In this document: in pieces, positions 41,624 through 51,982 of the stretch
Numbering within the stretch: the stretch's first letter is position 1
Layout of the letters: every line of letters starts with the position of its first letter
From: Chlamydiales bacterium
GTDB taxonomy: Bacteria > Chlamydiota > Chlamydiia > Chlamydiales > JAAZZY01
NCBI GenBank assembly: GCA_965206695.1
Contig: CBDBKM010000010.1
Location: forward strand, 1-64,000
Length of the DNA: 64,000 bases
Direction of reading: 5' to 3'
Program-made: the position numbers and the translations under genes
The notes under the pieces: generated by a model
Told to the model about the DNA's origin: nothing
Database searches by the model: none
The model's input: the letters and a program-made list of their open reading frames with translations, nothing else

Positions 41624-43735
41624 TTAATTCTCACTAGCCTGAATCGCTGTGATTGCTATTGTGTAGACGATGTCTTCTATCGTAGCCCCTCTGGAAAGAT
41701 CATTAACGGGTTTATTCAACCCTTGTAACATAGGACCTACCGATAAAACATTAGCACTTCTTTGTACGGCTTTATAAGTCGTGTTGGCGGTGTTTAGGTC
41801 CGGAAATACATAAAGGGTTGCCTTGCCTGCTACAAAGCTTTCAGGGGCCTTTTTACCGGCTACATCAACACTATAGGCTGCGTCATATTGCAAAGGACCA
41901 TCAACCAATAGATCGGGACGCAGTTTTTTTACTAGTTCAGTTGCTTTTTGTACCTTTTCTACATCTTGTCCGGTTCCGGATGTTCCTGTGCTATAACTGA
42001 TCATCGCAATCGTTGGCTCTATATCGAATTTTTTAGCCGAATCGGCACTTTGAATGGCTATATCGGCTAAGTCTTCAGCTGAAGGGTTTTGATTGACGGC
42101 GCAATCGGCATAGATGAGGACTTCGGTAGGCAGGCACATAAAAAATAAGGAAGAGACAATCCTTGTATCGGGACCGGTTTTAATGAGCTTTAATGCAGGG
42201 CGTACGGTCATAGCTGTTGTGTGTTTGGATCCCGCTACTAAGCCATCCACCTCTGAACAGGCTAGCATCATAGTGCCTAATACAATAGAATTTTCTAAAT
42301 AATCTTTGGCTGCCGGATGATCGATGCCTTTGTGTTTACGTAACTCTACAAGCGGATCGATATACTTTTTCCGAACACTTTTAGGATTTATTATTTCAAT
42401 GTTTTGATTGAGTTCGATACCATGATCTTTGGCAATTTGGTGGATAGTATCAGGGTTCCCAAGGAGAACACAATGGGCGATATGTCTATTGGTGCAAATA
42501 TTAGCAGCTTTAATAATGCGGGGCTCTTCTCCTTCAGGAAGAACAATTTTTTTATGGGCTTTTCTCGCCATTTCAATCAATTTGTAGCGAAAAGCCGGAG
42601 GAGACATACTTTTCTGAGGATAGGTCGATGCTAATTTATGAATCCATGCTTTATCAATAAACTGCGATAAGCGTTCCTTTACCTCTTCTATTCGTTCGAA
42701 ATCATCTTCCGGGATAACAGCGTTGATGTTTTGCAGCGACACCGCTGTTCTTAAACTATCGGTTTGAACAGATAGAATGGGAAGACCTTGATGAATGGCT
42801 TGCCTACATAATTCCATTGTATTTTTCGGAATAGGATAGGTTCCCGATAGAAGAAGGGCTGCTATTTTAACGCCGTTTAAAGACGCCATACAAGTAGCTA
42901 AAATAGTCTCTGAACGATCTCTTGGAGTGATAACCATAACATCGGGTTTTAAAACAGGCGCAAAATTTTCTACGGAAGCTGCTCCTACAACAAAGTGCAT
43001 TACCCGATTTTCAAGCATTTTTCCTTCAGAGATAAGCTCTGCTTTTAAAAATTTAGCGACGTCTTTTACTCGAGGCGCCATAATGGCTCTATCCCAAGGG
43101 AAGCAGGCGAGTATTTTGATTTTTTTATCTTTAAAAAAATCTATAAAAGTATCTGCTTGCGTGTTCGTGTTTTCGATAGGATCAAATAGGTCAATACGAG
43201 TATTTCCAAATTTATCTACCGGAGCTCCAATCTTGTTAATCATACAACCGAGGATTCTAGGATTAGAAAGGCCACCGTAGATTTGCGATGAAATTTCAAT
43301 TTGATCCAGTATAAAAGAAGGGGACTGATTACCGGGAGATGTAAGAAAAATAATTTCTGCATTTAGTGCTTTGGCAATTTCATGATTTAAACCAGGAGCG
43401 TACGTTCTTAGCTGAGTAGAAATAAAACCTTTTAAAACAACAATATCGGCATCTTTTGATAAGGTTTGATGTTGAGCGATTATGTGTTCTAAAACTGTAT
43501 CTTCCCGGCCTTTTCCTAATAGGTGCTCAACAAAATGAATATTTAACGGTTGACCAACAGAGGAGAAAATTGTTTCTTCATGAAATTCAGTATTCTCCGG
43601 TTGTTGGCTATGAGAAATAGGATCGAGAAAATAGACAGTTAACCCTTGATTTTCGATAGATCGAATAAGCCCCATTGCAACAGTTGTAAGCCCAACACCT
43701 AATCCAATAGGAGCTAATAACAAGGTATGTTTCAT
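41624..43735 (-). CDS. pta: Phosphate acetyltransferase, long (class II) form with N-terminal BioD-like/DRTGG domains
   Basis: GVGLTTV N-terminus; SPPAFRY; IVLPEGEEPR; DGPLQYDAA; GPMLQGLNKPVNDLSRG. Confidence 0.96.
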   Translation of the reverse strand: MKHTLLLAPIGLGVGLTTVAMGLIRSIENQGLTVYFLDPISHSQQPENTEFHEETIFSSVGQPLNIHFVEHLLGKGREDTVLEHIIAQHQTLSKDADIVVLKGFISTQLRTYAPGLNHEIAKALNAEIIFLTSPGNQSPSFILDQIEISSQIYGGLSNPRILGCMINKIGAPVDKFGNTRIDLFDPIENTNTQADTFIDFFKDKKIKILACFPWDRAIMAPRVKDVAKFLKAELISEGKMLENRVMHFVVGAASVENFAPVLKPDVMVITPRDRSETILATCMASLNGVKIAALLLSGTYPIPKNTMELCRQAIHQGLPILSVQTDSLRTAVSLQNINAVIPEDDFERIEEVKERLSQFIDKAWIHKLASTYPQKSMSPPAFRYKLIEMARKAHKKIVLPEGEEPRIIKAANICTNRHIAHCVLLGNPDTIHQIAKDHGIELNQNIEIINPKSVRKKYIDPLVELRKHKGIDHPAAKDYLENSIVLGTMMLACSEVDGLVAGSKHTTAMTVRPALKLIKTGPDTRIVSSLFFMCLPTEVLIYADCAVNQNPSAEDLADIAIQSADSAKKFDIEPTIAMISYSTGTSGTGQDVEKVQKATELVKKLRPDLLVDGPLQYDAAYSVDVAGKKAPESFVAGKATLYVFPDLNTANTTYKAVQRSANVLSVGPMLQGLNKPVNDLSRGATIEDIVYTIAITAIQASEN

Positions 43736-44934
43736 TATTCGATATCCTTATTGTTAACGATAGCACTCGTTTGTTTGGCAATAGATAGTTCTTCATTTGT
43801 ATTGATGACCATGACTATTGGAGTTTTATTTTTCTCAGAGATAATGCTATTGGTGTTTTTCCCGTGATCCGGATTGCTTTTTTTACAAAGAGTAAAATTA
43901 AGATATTTTAACCATCGAACTACTTTCGATCGGATAAAAGATGAATTTTCACCAATGCCGCCTGTGAAAATAAGCGCATTGAGTCTTTGAAGAGGAACGA
44001 AATAGGACGCAATGTATTTAGATAGTCGATAGCAAAAGATTTCGATAGCAATGATGGCTTTTTCATTCTTCTTTTGGGCTTCATCTTCTAATAAACGCAT
44101 ATCTCCACTAATTTCAGAGACACCTAAAAGACCACTTTTTTTATTCAATATTTCGGTTATTTCATTCCCGCTTAAGTTTAACTTCTCTTCTAAAAAACCT
44201 ACTATACCGGGATCTATATCACCGGAGCGCTCTCCCATCATAAGCCCTTCTAATGGGGTTAAGCCCATACTGGTATCGACACTTTTCCCTTTTAAAGCTG
44301 CCGTAACACTACAGCCATTACCCAAATGAGCGCTGATAAAAGCCGTTTGTTCAATGGGGATATCTAATTTTTTTGCAGCTTGGTTGATCACAAAAAAATG
44401 GCTGGTTCCATGAAAACCATATTTTCTTATTAGGTACTCTTTATAATAAGAATAGGGCAAGGGATAGAGGTAAGCGAATTTTTTAATTGTTTGATGAAAG
44501 GCAGTATCGAATACCGCTACTTGCGGTAATCCGGGCATCTCTTTTTGCGCAGCCTTGATTCCCTTAATATTTATGGGATTATGAAGAGGGGCCAGAGGGC
44601 TGCATTTTTGAATTTTTTTTAAAACTTCTTCATCTATTAGTACTGAATGAGAGAAGTATTCTCCTCCATGAACAACACGATGACCGATAGCAAAAATCGT
44701 GGATTCAAATGCCTTTATCAACAGCATGATTTCATGAATAACAGAGGAATAATCAGATAAAGAGATGTTTTTTTGATCTTCTTTTTTTGAAAGAGACCAT
44801 TTTAACCGGCATCGATTTGTCCCAATATTTTCAGCGAGTCCTTTTAATTCAACATGTGAAGAATCAGGATTGATAATAACGAATTTAATCGATGAACTAC
44901 CGCAATTTAGAACAAAAACATGTGTTTTAGTCAT
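43735..44934 (-). CDS. ackA: Acetate kinase
   Basis: LNCGSSSIK, GHRVVHGG, APLHNP, YGFHGTSH, DTSMGLTPLEGL, FTGGIGEN, TNEE. Confidence 0.97.
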   Translation of the reverse strand: MTKTHVFVLNCGSSSIKFVIINPDSSHVELKGLAENIGTNRCRLKWSLSKKEDQKNISLSDYSSVIHEIMLLIKAFESTIFAIGHRVVHGGEYFSHSVLIDEEVLKKIQKCSPLAPLHNPINIKGIKAAQKEMPGLPQVAVFDTAFHQTIKKFAYLYPLPYSYYKEYLIRKYGFHGTSHFFVINQAAKKLDIPIEQTAFISAHLGNGCSVTAALKGKSVDTSMGLTPLEGLMMGERSGDIDPGIVGFLEEKLNLSGNEITEILNKKSGLLGVSEISGDMRLLEDEAQKKNEKAIIAIEIFCYRLSKYIASYFVPLQRLNALIFTGGIGENSSFIRSKVVRWLKYLNFTLCKKSNPDHGKNTNSIISEKNKTPIVMVINTNEELSIAKQTSAIVNNKDIE

Positions 44935-45087
44935 GGGATCTATTTTTTTTGAATATAACCTTTAAAGAACAAATATATTAAATAGGCTATTTAATTCGAG
45001 TTCTATTATTTAGTGGTTTGAAAAGTTTCTTGATTTCTGATGATAGCGTGGTAGAAAATCCGGTTTTTTTAGAGAAATAGAGGCATG

Positions 45088-46122
45088 TTAAGTCGATCCC
45101 TTCAGAAAATTCTGAGCAGCTTGGATAGTTTTATTACAATCTTTGACTGCAGGATGAAACTTGGCAAACTTCACTAAATCAGCAAATTTTAGAAAATCAG
45201 CTAGGTGATTTTTAGTTTGCTCTTGAAAACAAGAGACTTGCATCACTTCATTTAAAAATTCCTGAGTGGTTCTCTCAGGGGCTTTTATTTGATAGGCGTC
45301 TTCAATATACTGTCTTACAATGTCAGTAACTCTAACATAGAAGTTATCAAATAGCCCCTTTTCCGGAAGCTTCTCAGATTGAAGAAGGTTGAGAGCGTCT
45401 AATGCTTTTTGGTATGGATCTATTATTTGAGGGGTAGGGATTGTTTTGTTACGCCATTTCTTTAATTGAGTGAAGGTCAAAATTAATAGAGCTGTAACAG
45501 CAAGACAGAAGAGCAATTTTTTCCATGGAAACACCCTATTTTGTAAGAGTTCTTGATTTCTTAGGGATTCATTTTCCACATTTTCACCTTCCATCAAATT
45601 TTGGCGATTAGAATAGTTCATCTCTATCGGTGCATGCTTGGAAAAGGCTAAAAGAGGGGCTATAACGGCTTTATTTTCTTTATTGTCAGGCGCCCTTACA
45701 TCTATTGTTAAAAGATTAGGAAAGATTTCAACAGGTATAGAAGTGTTTTCTTTGTGTTGAATAAAGCGCAAAATAGGAAGAGGGAAGAAAAGGGGACCTT
45801 CTTCCCATACTTCAAGCTGATAGGAAATAGTTTGACTTACGATGCCATCATGGATATCAAGAGCAGATACATGTTCTGAAATAAGACTAAAATCTTTTAC
45901 AAATTCATCAGACCTTAAACTATCTCGAAGATTGGGGACAATGATCTCAAATCTTTCGGGATAGGAAAAATGCACATCAATCATTACGAGATCATGAAGA
46001 TCGAGCTGTTCGGAAGAGATATCGATATTAGCTTTAAATCCGGATGGGAGGTTGTCATTAAAATAATGTGCTTGTAATAAAGATAATGGAAGTAAAAGTA
46101 GAAAGAGCCACCTTTTTATCAT
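45088..46122 (-). CDS. Exported membrane-anchored protein of the moxR/DUF58 (Bat-like) cluster
   Basis: Signal peptide, single TM, then RQYIE...APERTTQEFL...ADLVKFAK, as seen in the gene following DUF58 in Bat operons. Confidence 0.7.
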   Translation of the reverse strand: MIKRWLFLLLLPLSLLQAHYFNDNLPSGFKANIDISSEQLDLHDLVMIDVHFSYPERFEIIVPNLRDSLRSDEFVKDFSLISEHVSALDIHDGIVSQTISYQLEVWEEGPLFFPLPILRFIQHKENTSIPVEIFPNLLTIDVRAPDNKENKAVIAPLLAFSKHAPIEMNYSNRQNLMEGENVENESLRNQELLQNRVFPWKKLLFCLAVTALLILTFTQLKKWRNKTIPTPQIIDPYQKALDALNLLQSEKLPEKGLFDNFYVRVTDIVRQYIEDAYQIKAPERTTQEFLNEVMQVSCFQEQTKNHLADFLKFADLVKFAKFHPAVKDCNKTIQAAQNFLKGST

Positions 46123-46997
46123 CTTCTTTTCTCCCTTAGTTGAAAAAATTCACGGATAGCAGTTGCGTAAGGTTTTCCTGATCGGATATCAATAAATCCG
46201 GCTCCTATTTGTTCTATAGTATTTTTACAGTTTTCCAAACGAGTTCGAGAAAGACGGGCTAAAGTCTCTCTTACTTCTGATAAAGAGGTGTCGAGTGTAA
46301 GGATTTGATCATTTTCTAAATCTCTTAAGTGAACCAATCCCATTTTAGGTAGAATCATTTCATGAGGATCTATGACACTAATAGCAATCACATCATGACG
46401 CTTCGATGTAATGCATAATTTATTTTTAAAGTTTGGGCTTATAAAATCAGAAATAATGAAGGCGACGCCTCTTCTTTTTTGAATTTTACCTAAAAAATTA
46501 AGGGCTTGAGCAATATCTGTTTTCTGATTTTTGGGTTTAAAGATTAAGAGCTCTCGAATAACTCTAAGAACATGTTTAACTCCTTTTTGGGGCGGTAAGT
46601 ATTTTTCAATCGTATCTGTAAATAATATTAATCCCACTTTATCATTATTATTGATCGCTGAATAGGCTAGCACAGCTCCAATTTCTGCAATCAATTCTTT
46701 TTTTTGCCTTCCTGTAGTACCGAAATCGGATGAAGAGGAAACGTCTACCAAAAGCATAACAGTAAGTTCCCGCTCTTCACGAAAATTTTTGATATATGGA
46801 AAGTTCATGCGAGCGGTGACATTCCAGTCAATACTGCGCACTTCATCACCCGGCTGATAGGCGCGCACATCTTCAAATTCCATTCCACGCCCTTTGAAAG
46901 CTGAATGATAAGCTCCGGCTAACATATCCTGCACATAACGTCCTGTTTTGATTTGGATCCGTCTAATGTTTTTAAAGACTTCCTTAGAAATTAACAT
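46119..46997 (-). CDS. DUF58 (vWA-like) protein
   Basis: FKGRGMEFEDVRAYQPGD..RSIDWNVTAR; EERELT; DVSSS; ISDF. Confidence 0.93.
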   Translation of the reverse strand: MLISKEVFKNIRRIQIKTGRYVQDMLAGAYHSAFKGRGMEFEDVRAYQPGDEVRSIDWNVTARMNFPYIKNFREERELTVMLLVDVSSSSDFGTTGRQKKELIAEIGAVLAYSAINNNDKVGLILFTDTIEKYLPPQKGVKHVLRVIRELLIFKPKNQKTDIAQALNFLGKIQKRRGVAFIISDFISPNFKNKLCITSKRHDVIAISVIDPHEMILPKMGLVHLRDLENDQILTLDTSLSEVRETLARLSRTRLENCKNTIEQIGAGFIDIRSGKPYATAIREFFQLREKRR

Positions 46998-47019
46998 AGG
47001 ATTTTTACTCTATTATTTT

Positions 47020-48015
47020 TTATGGGACCAGTAAAGTATCAAAAATACGATTGACAATATGATCAGTTGTTAACTCCTCGGCTTCCGCTTCATAAGATAA
47101 TCGGATGCGGTGTCTTAAAACATCGCGACCAATACTCTTTACGTCATGGGGTGTTACAAAACCTCTTCCTGCTAAAAAGGCATGAGCTTTGGAAGCCATG
47201 ATAAGAGCTATACTTGCCCGAGGGGAGGCTCCGTAATCTAAGAGGTTTTCAATTTGAATACCGAATTCTTCAGGTTTTCGTGTAGCAAAGACAATATCCA
47301 AAATATAATCAGTTACTTTTTCATCAACGTAGACGTCATCAATAATTGTACGAGCATTTAAAATTTCTTTTGAAGTTAAAATAGAGGAAGCTACCGGTTT
47401 ATTGTTAAATCTTGCCATACGCTCTATGATCTCTTTTTCTTCTGCGCGTTCAGGATAATTAATAACCACCTTTAACATAAATCGATCAGTTTGAGCCTCA
47501 GGTAAAGGATAAGTTCCTTCCTGGTCAATGGGGTTTTGTGTTGCTAATACTAAGAAAGGCTCTTCAGTCTTAAATGTTTCATTACCAATCGTGACCTGTC
47601 TTTCTGCCATTATTTCTAACAAAGCGGATTGTACTTTAGCCGGAGCACGGTTTATCTCGTCCGCTAAAACCAGATTAGTAAAAATAGGACCCTTTTTGAC
47701 ACTAAAGGTTCCGTCTTTCGGGTTATAGATAGAAGTACCAATTAAATCAGCCGGAAGGAGATCGGGAGTAAATTGGACTCTTTTAAAATCGCAGCTAATG
47801 ACTTTAGCAAGAGTTGTAATGGCGAGTGTTTTGGCAAGACCGGGTAACCCCTCAAGTAAAATATGACCATCCGCAATTAAAGCTATTAACAAACGATCAA
47901 TTAGTAGCTGCTGTCCTACCAATACTTTGCTAATTTCATCTCGGGCCGATGCAAAAGGTTGATTAGCCTCTCGGACAATCATATTTAGATCTCGAATATC
48001 TGTAGAAGAATTCAT
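47020..48015 (-). CDS. moxR: MoxR-family AAA+ ATPase
   Basis: HILLEGLPGLAKT, RVQFTPDLLPAD, DEINRAPAKVQSALLE, ATQNP, GASPRAS. AAGGAG before the ATG at 48015. Confidence 0.95.
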   Translation of the reverse strand: MNSSTDIRDLNMIVREANQPFASARDEISKVLVGQQLLIDRLLIALIADGHILLEGLPGLAKTLAITTLAKVISCDFKRVQFTPDLLPADLIGTSIYNPKDGTFSVKKGPIFTNLVLADEINRAPAKVQSALLEIMAERQVTIGNETFKTEEPFLVLATQNPIDQEGTYPLPEAQTDRFMLKVVINYPERAEEKEIIERMARFNNKPVASSILTSKEILNARTIIDDVYVDEKVTDYILDIVFATRKPEEFGIQIENLLDYGASPRASIALIMASKAHAFLAGRGFVTPHDVKSIGRDVLRHRIRLSYEAEAEELTTDHIVNRIFDTLLVP

Positions 48016-48088
48016 AAGGAGCACTCCTTTGTATATTTCAGGTAAATAGCTAATATCAACATTTTCAATTTTCCTCTCAAGAGAAAAT

Positions 48089-49846
48089 TTATTTTTCTGT
48101 CTGAGGATGTATTTTAGGTAAGAAAATTGTGAAGGTGGAGCCTTCATTTATCTTGGATGTTACGATGATTTTTCCTGAGTGTTTTTTGATGATAGTATCT
48201 ACAATGGAAAGGCCTAATCCTGCTCCCCCTAATTTACGTGCATGGGCTTTGTCAACCGTATAAAATCGCTGAAAAATATATGGCAGGTCTTTTGAAGGGA
48301 CGCCTATTCCATTATCTGAAATGATTATTTTCATATACTCTTTATCTTCTTCTAAGGTGATGGAAATTTTAGGATTATTTTTGGAATATTTTACAGAATT
48401 TTCTAAGAGATTCATGATAGCTAACTCCAGAAGATCCGGATCAGCTTTGAAGGGGATTGTTTTATCAGTGGGCTCATTTATGCTGACTTCAGCATGATTG
48501 TGAACAGATTGTAAAATATGGCGGCATCCTTGAAGAAGAACTAACAAATCACAATCTTGTACTTTCGAATGCGGGAGGTTTTCAATATCGGCTAACCTCA
48601 ACAAATTTCTCACCAAGGTTTCCATCCGTTGACAGTTTAGGACAATTTTATTCGTTATTTCGGCAACCATATTTTTCGATAGTTCCGGATGGTCATGTAA
48701 TGTTTCGCTAAACCCTCTAATAATCGTTATGGGGGTTTTTAATTCATGAGAAGCATTAGCAATGAAAGCTTTACCCATTTCAAGTATTTTATAATGGCCG
48801 GACTTATCTTGTAGTACCAGGATAGCTCCTGTATGGTTTTTTCTTGGACAGGCAACTAAATCAAAAATAACGCGTTTATCATTTTGTTTTTTTAACTCTA
48901 ACCGGTCCGTTACGATTTTATTCTCACCTTGGCATCTATTGAGTAATCCATAGCACTTTGCTTCGATATCGGCAGTAAAGGGTTTTTCGATTAATTGATC
49001 TTTTGTACTATCAAAGATAGTCAGTGCCACGTCATTAGCGAAAGTGACGTCCATATTCATGTCAACTGCAATGATACCTTCTATAAGAGAATTTAGTAAG
49101 GCCTCTTTTTCATTTCTTTCATGAGTTAATGTCTCTATTTGAGCTTGAATGCGATCGGATAAAGAGTTTATGGTAGAGGCAAGTTTTTCAAAATCTTTCG
49201 TAGCTTTTTGCTTTCCTAAGTTAATATGGGTAATTTGGTCTTGCTTTCCTTCTTGAAAGGGTTTGATTGCTTTGATGATTTGATAAATAGGCCGAGTCAG
49301 ACGGTTAATGATTATCCATGTCATGAAGCTAAAAAGAAGTAACATACCTACACTAATAGTTAGGATAGCAATTTTAAAATCTTCTGTTAGTTCTCGGATT
49401 TGTTTAAATGGAAAAGCGGTTCTTAAAATATAGGTTGTGTCATGGAATTCAAATCTTTTGGCGACGTAGGCAAACCTTTGATTAAAGAGATGAGAATAGT
49501 CTTCATGATATCCAATATCTCGGACTGAAGCTGATTCAATATCAGGATGTTTTCTATATGCCGGGCTCGAAAGTTTATCGAGATGAGAGTCGTAGAGAAT
49601 CTTTCCTTTTTTTGTTAATAAAGTGACTCGAAAAAACACAAAGGATTGTTGTTCATCTAACTTCCGTATTATCGTTTTAAGATTAGGCGAATCTTGTATA
49701 TTGTGGATAACGTGCTGTGTTCGGTCTTCTAGAGTCTTTTTTACAATTCTAGTGATAAGTTTTGTCGAAAAAGGAACAAGGAGAATGAGTATTAGAACGA
49801 ATACTACAATGTACGATAAAAGAATTTTTTGGCGGAAACTTAGCAT
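48089..49846 (-). CDS. Membrane sensor histidine kinase (HAMP-PAS-HisKA-HATPase), PhoR-like
   Basis: FIANASHELKTP; NLLENSVKY; DNGIG; IFQRFY.VDKA; GAGLGLSIV. Confidence 0.92.
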   Translation of the reverse strand: MLSFRQKILLSYIVVFVLILILLVPFSTKLITRIVKKTLEDRTQHVIHNIQDSPNLKTIIRKLDEQQSFVFFRVTLLTKKGKILYDSHLDKLSSPAYRKHPDIESASVRDIGYHEDYSHLFNQRFAYVAKRFEFHDTTYILRTAFPFKQIRELTEDFKIAILTISVGMLLLFSFMTWIIINRLTRPIYQIIKAIKPFQEGKQDQITHINLGKQKATKDFEKLASTINSLSDRIQAQIETLTHERNEKEALLNSLIEGIIAVDMNMDVTFANDVALTIFDSTKDQLIEKPFTADIEAKCYGLLNRCQGENKIVTDRLELKKQNDKRVIFDLVACPRKNHTGAILVLQDKSGHYKILEMGKAFIANASHELKTPITIIRGFSETLHDHPELSKNMVAEITNKIVLNCQRMETLVRNLLRLADIENLPHSKVQDCDLLVLLQGCRHILQSVHNHAEVSINEPTDKTIPFKADPDLLELAIMNLLENSVKYSKNNPKISITLEEDKEYMKIIISDNGIGVPSKDLPYIFQRFYTVDKAHARKLGGAGLGLSIVDTIIKKHSGKIIVTSKINEGSTFTIFLPKIHPQTEK

Positions 49847-49925
49847 AAATTTAGATAGTTTCTATTTAAGAATTTAGAATAAAGTCAATCTACTATAACA
49901 TTATATGCTTTTTTTATTTAAAAAT

Positions 49926-50729
49926 CTAAAGTGTATTACTCTGATAAGAGAATTTTTCAAGAATATAGGTTAAATTATCAAGAGAATGATACTCAATCGT
50001 GATATTTCCTTTTTGATCATCGCCATATATATTTACTTTTGTTCCAAGATATCTTTGCAAATCCTCTCTTAGTTCTTCGAGATAGATATTTTTATTCTTT
50101 AACGGAGATGTTTTATAGGCAGTGGATTTAAGAGATAGCTTTTTTGCCGTTTTTTCGGTTTCTCGGACATTTAAATGGTCTCGTAAAATCAATTCATGAA
50201 GTAATAGTTGTTTATCTTCTTCATTTAATGAGAGAATAACTTTGGCATGGCCAAGGGTGATAAACTCTTGAAGAAGGCTTTTTTTTATCATATCCGGCAA
50301 AGATAAAAGACGCAGAATATTTGCTATGGTTGCACGTTTCTTGCCAAGAGTCTTAGATAATTCTTCTTGAGTTAATCCAAATTCTTGCATGAGTTTTTTC
50401 AAAGCCTGTGCTAATTCAATTGGATTCAAATCAACACGTTGAATATTTTCGATTACGGCTGCTTGAGCGGCTTGTATTTCATTGTATAAAGAAAGAATAA
50501 CAGGAATCTGAGTAAGCCCTGCCAGTTTAGCTGCTTTTACACGTCTTTCTCCGGAAATGAGTTCATATTGATCACTATTTTCAATAGGTCGAACAGTTGG
50601 TGGATGTATAATTCCTGTGCTTTGAATGGAAAGAGCCAGTTCCCGGAGTTCAGCTTCATGGAATATTTTTCTGGGCTGATAGGGGTTTTGTTGGACTTGG
50701 TCTAAAGAAATAATGATGAATTTTTTCAT
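49926..50729 (-). CDS. parB: ParB/Spo0J partitioning protein
   Basis: NPYQPRK.F; ISGERR; IENIQR.DLNPIE; HTH; GHAKVIL. Confidence 0.95.
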   Translation of the reverse strand: MKKFIIISLDQVQQNPYQPRKIFHEAELRELALSIQSTGIIHPPTVRPIENSDQYELISGERRVKAAKLAGLTQIPVILSLYNEIQAAQAAVIENIQRVDLNPIELAQALKKLMQEFGLTQEELSKTLGKKRATIANILRLLSLPDMIKKSLLQEFITLGHAKVILSLNEEDKQLLLHELILRDHLNVRETEKTAKKLSLKSTAYKTSPLKNKNIYLEELREDLQRYLGTKVNIYGDDQKGNITIEYHSLDNLTYILEKFSYQSNTL

Positions 50730-50778
50730 GATGAACCTAAATTTTTTGGAGCGTTAAGCTCATTGATAAATGATATGC

Positions 50779-50971
50779 CTTTTCAACTATGAAGTGCAAC
50801 AAATTTGTACTCCAATGTATGAATGTTATCCTTACAAATTAAGGTATTAGCAACACCATAAGCTTGTTTAGATTGTCTCTTTACACACATCGGATATTTT
50901 AGAGGCACGATCAACAATAGACTTGGCCATTTTCAAATACTTCCTATTTGTCGCATTTCAATATTAAAAGG
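50779..50971 (-). mobile_element. IS30-derived miniature element (MITE)
   Basis: Reverse complement consists of the IS30 left end (~58747-58795), an internal patch (~59420-59540) and the IS30 right end (~61680-61713). Confidence 0.85.
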
Positions 50972-51181
50972 ACACTTGTTAGCAATGGTCGTTGAATGAG
51001 GACAGCTGTTAACGAAAGAAAAGACGAGCTTTAAAAAAAAGCTTTATTTTGAATTCTAAAAAAATTATAATCTTGCATTTTAGCCCCTTAAACTTTTTAA
51101 GTAATATTTTGGAATATAAGGATGTAAAGGGGGCTGTGCAATTGAGTATAACTAAATCTTTACGAAAAAAGTTGTAAATCT

Positions 51182-51982
51182 ATGGCCAAAATACAATTGA
51201 GCTCTCTTAAAGAAGAACCTTCTGAAGCGGACGAGACCCGCTCGCTTTTTGTAACTAAGAGTATTCGTTTTCTAATTCAATATGCTTATACACTTCTTAT
51301 GGGAGGATTGAGTCTGCTACTTGTTTGTTTTATCATTGGGTATTTTCTATCGAGTCGAAATAAAAGCTTTTCCTCGGATCTTGTCGTAGCTAAAATGGAT
51401 ATGAAAAAAGTTCTTGAAGGCAAGGATTTAGAGAATGAATCTATGAGCCGAATTAAAGCAATAGTTAAGAGGAATAAGTCGCTTCACTCACATTACGATG
51501 TGATTTTAGCACAACATTTATTGGGGGAAAAAAATATTACTGAAGCGTCGCCCTATATTGATCAAGTTTGGAGCCGAACAAATTTAAAGCAATTTCCTTT
51601 TTACCATAGATTTGCTAAGACATCTATTTTAATTGTAGACCATAAATATCAAAAAGCTTTGGCAGAAGCTCGGCATTTGGGAAAAGATATAGAAGCCGTG
51701 GATGGGTTTGATAAAGCCTTGGATTATGGTAAAACCTTATATGCCTATAATCTATTACGTATTGCATTACTTGAACAAGCGTTGGGCGAGGATCTCTCAG
51801 AGCAAAAAGCTTGGGAAGATCTTGTTAAATATGTTGCTGCTAAGAATAAAAATACAGCCTCGGAAACTAATATTTTTGATGATTTCAAACTCGGCAATCT
51901 CACACTTTTTGATTATATACAAGAGCAACAAAATCTTTTAACGCAAGCCCGAAATCAAACGCTTTTTGAAAAGATTTTATAA
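51182..51982 (+). CDS. Hypothetical single-pass membrane protein
   Basis: 266-aa ORF with one TM helix and a helical soluble domain. Confidence 0.7.
   Translation: MAKIQLSSLKEEPSEADETRSLFVTKSIRFLIQYAYTLLMGGLSLLLVCFIIGYFLSSRNKSFSSDLVVAKMDMKKVLEGKDLENESMSRIKAIVKRNKSLHSHYDVILAQHLLGEKNITEASPYIDQVWSRTNLKQFPFYHRFAKTSILIVDHKYQKALAEARHLGKDIEAVDGFDKALDYGKTLYAYNLLRIALLEQALGEDLSEQKAWEDLVKYVAAKNKNTASETNIFDDFKLGNLTLFDYIQEQQNLLTQARNQTLFEKIL

Noticed and set aside
48016..48147. Long N-terminal extensions on moxR, rplU (52238), tpsA2 (10519) and IS630-A orfA in the ORF track
   Set aside because: Downstream starts have better RBS and match family N-termini.
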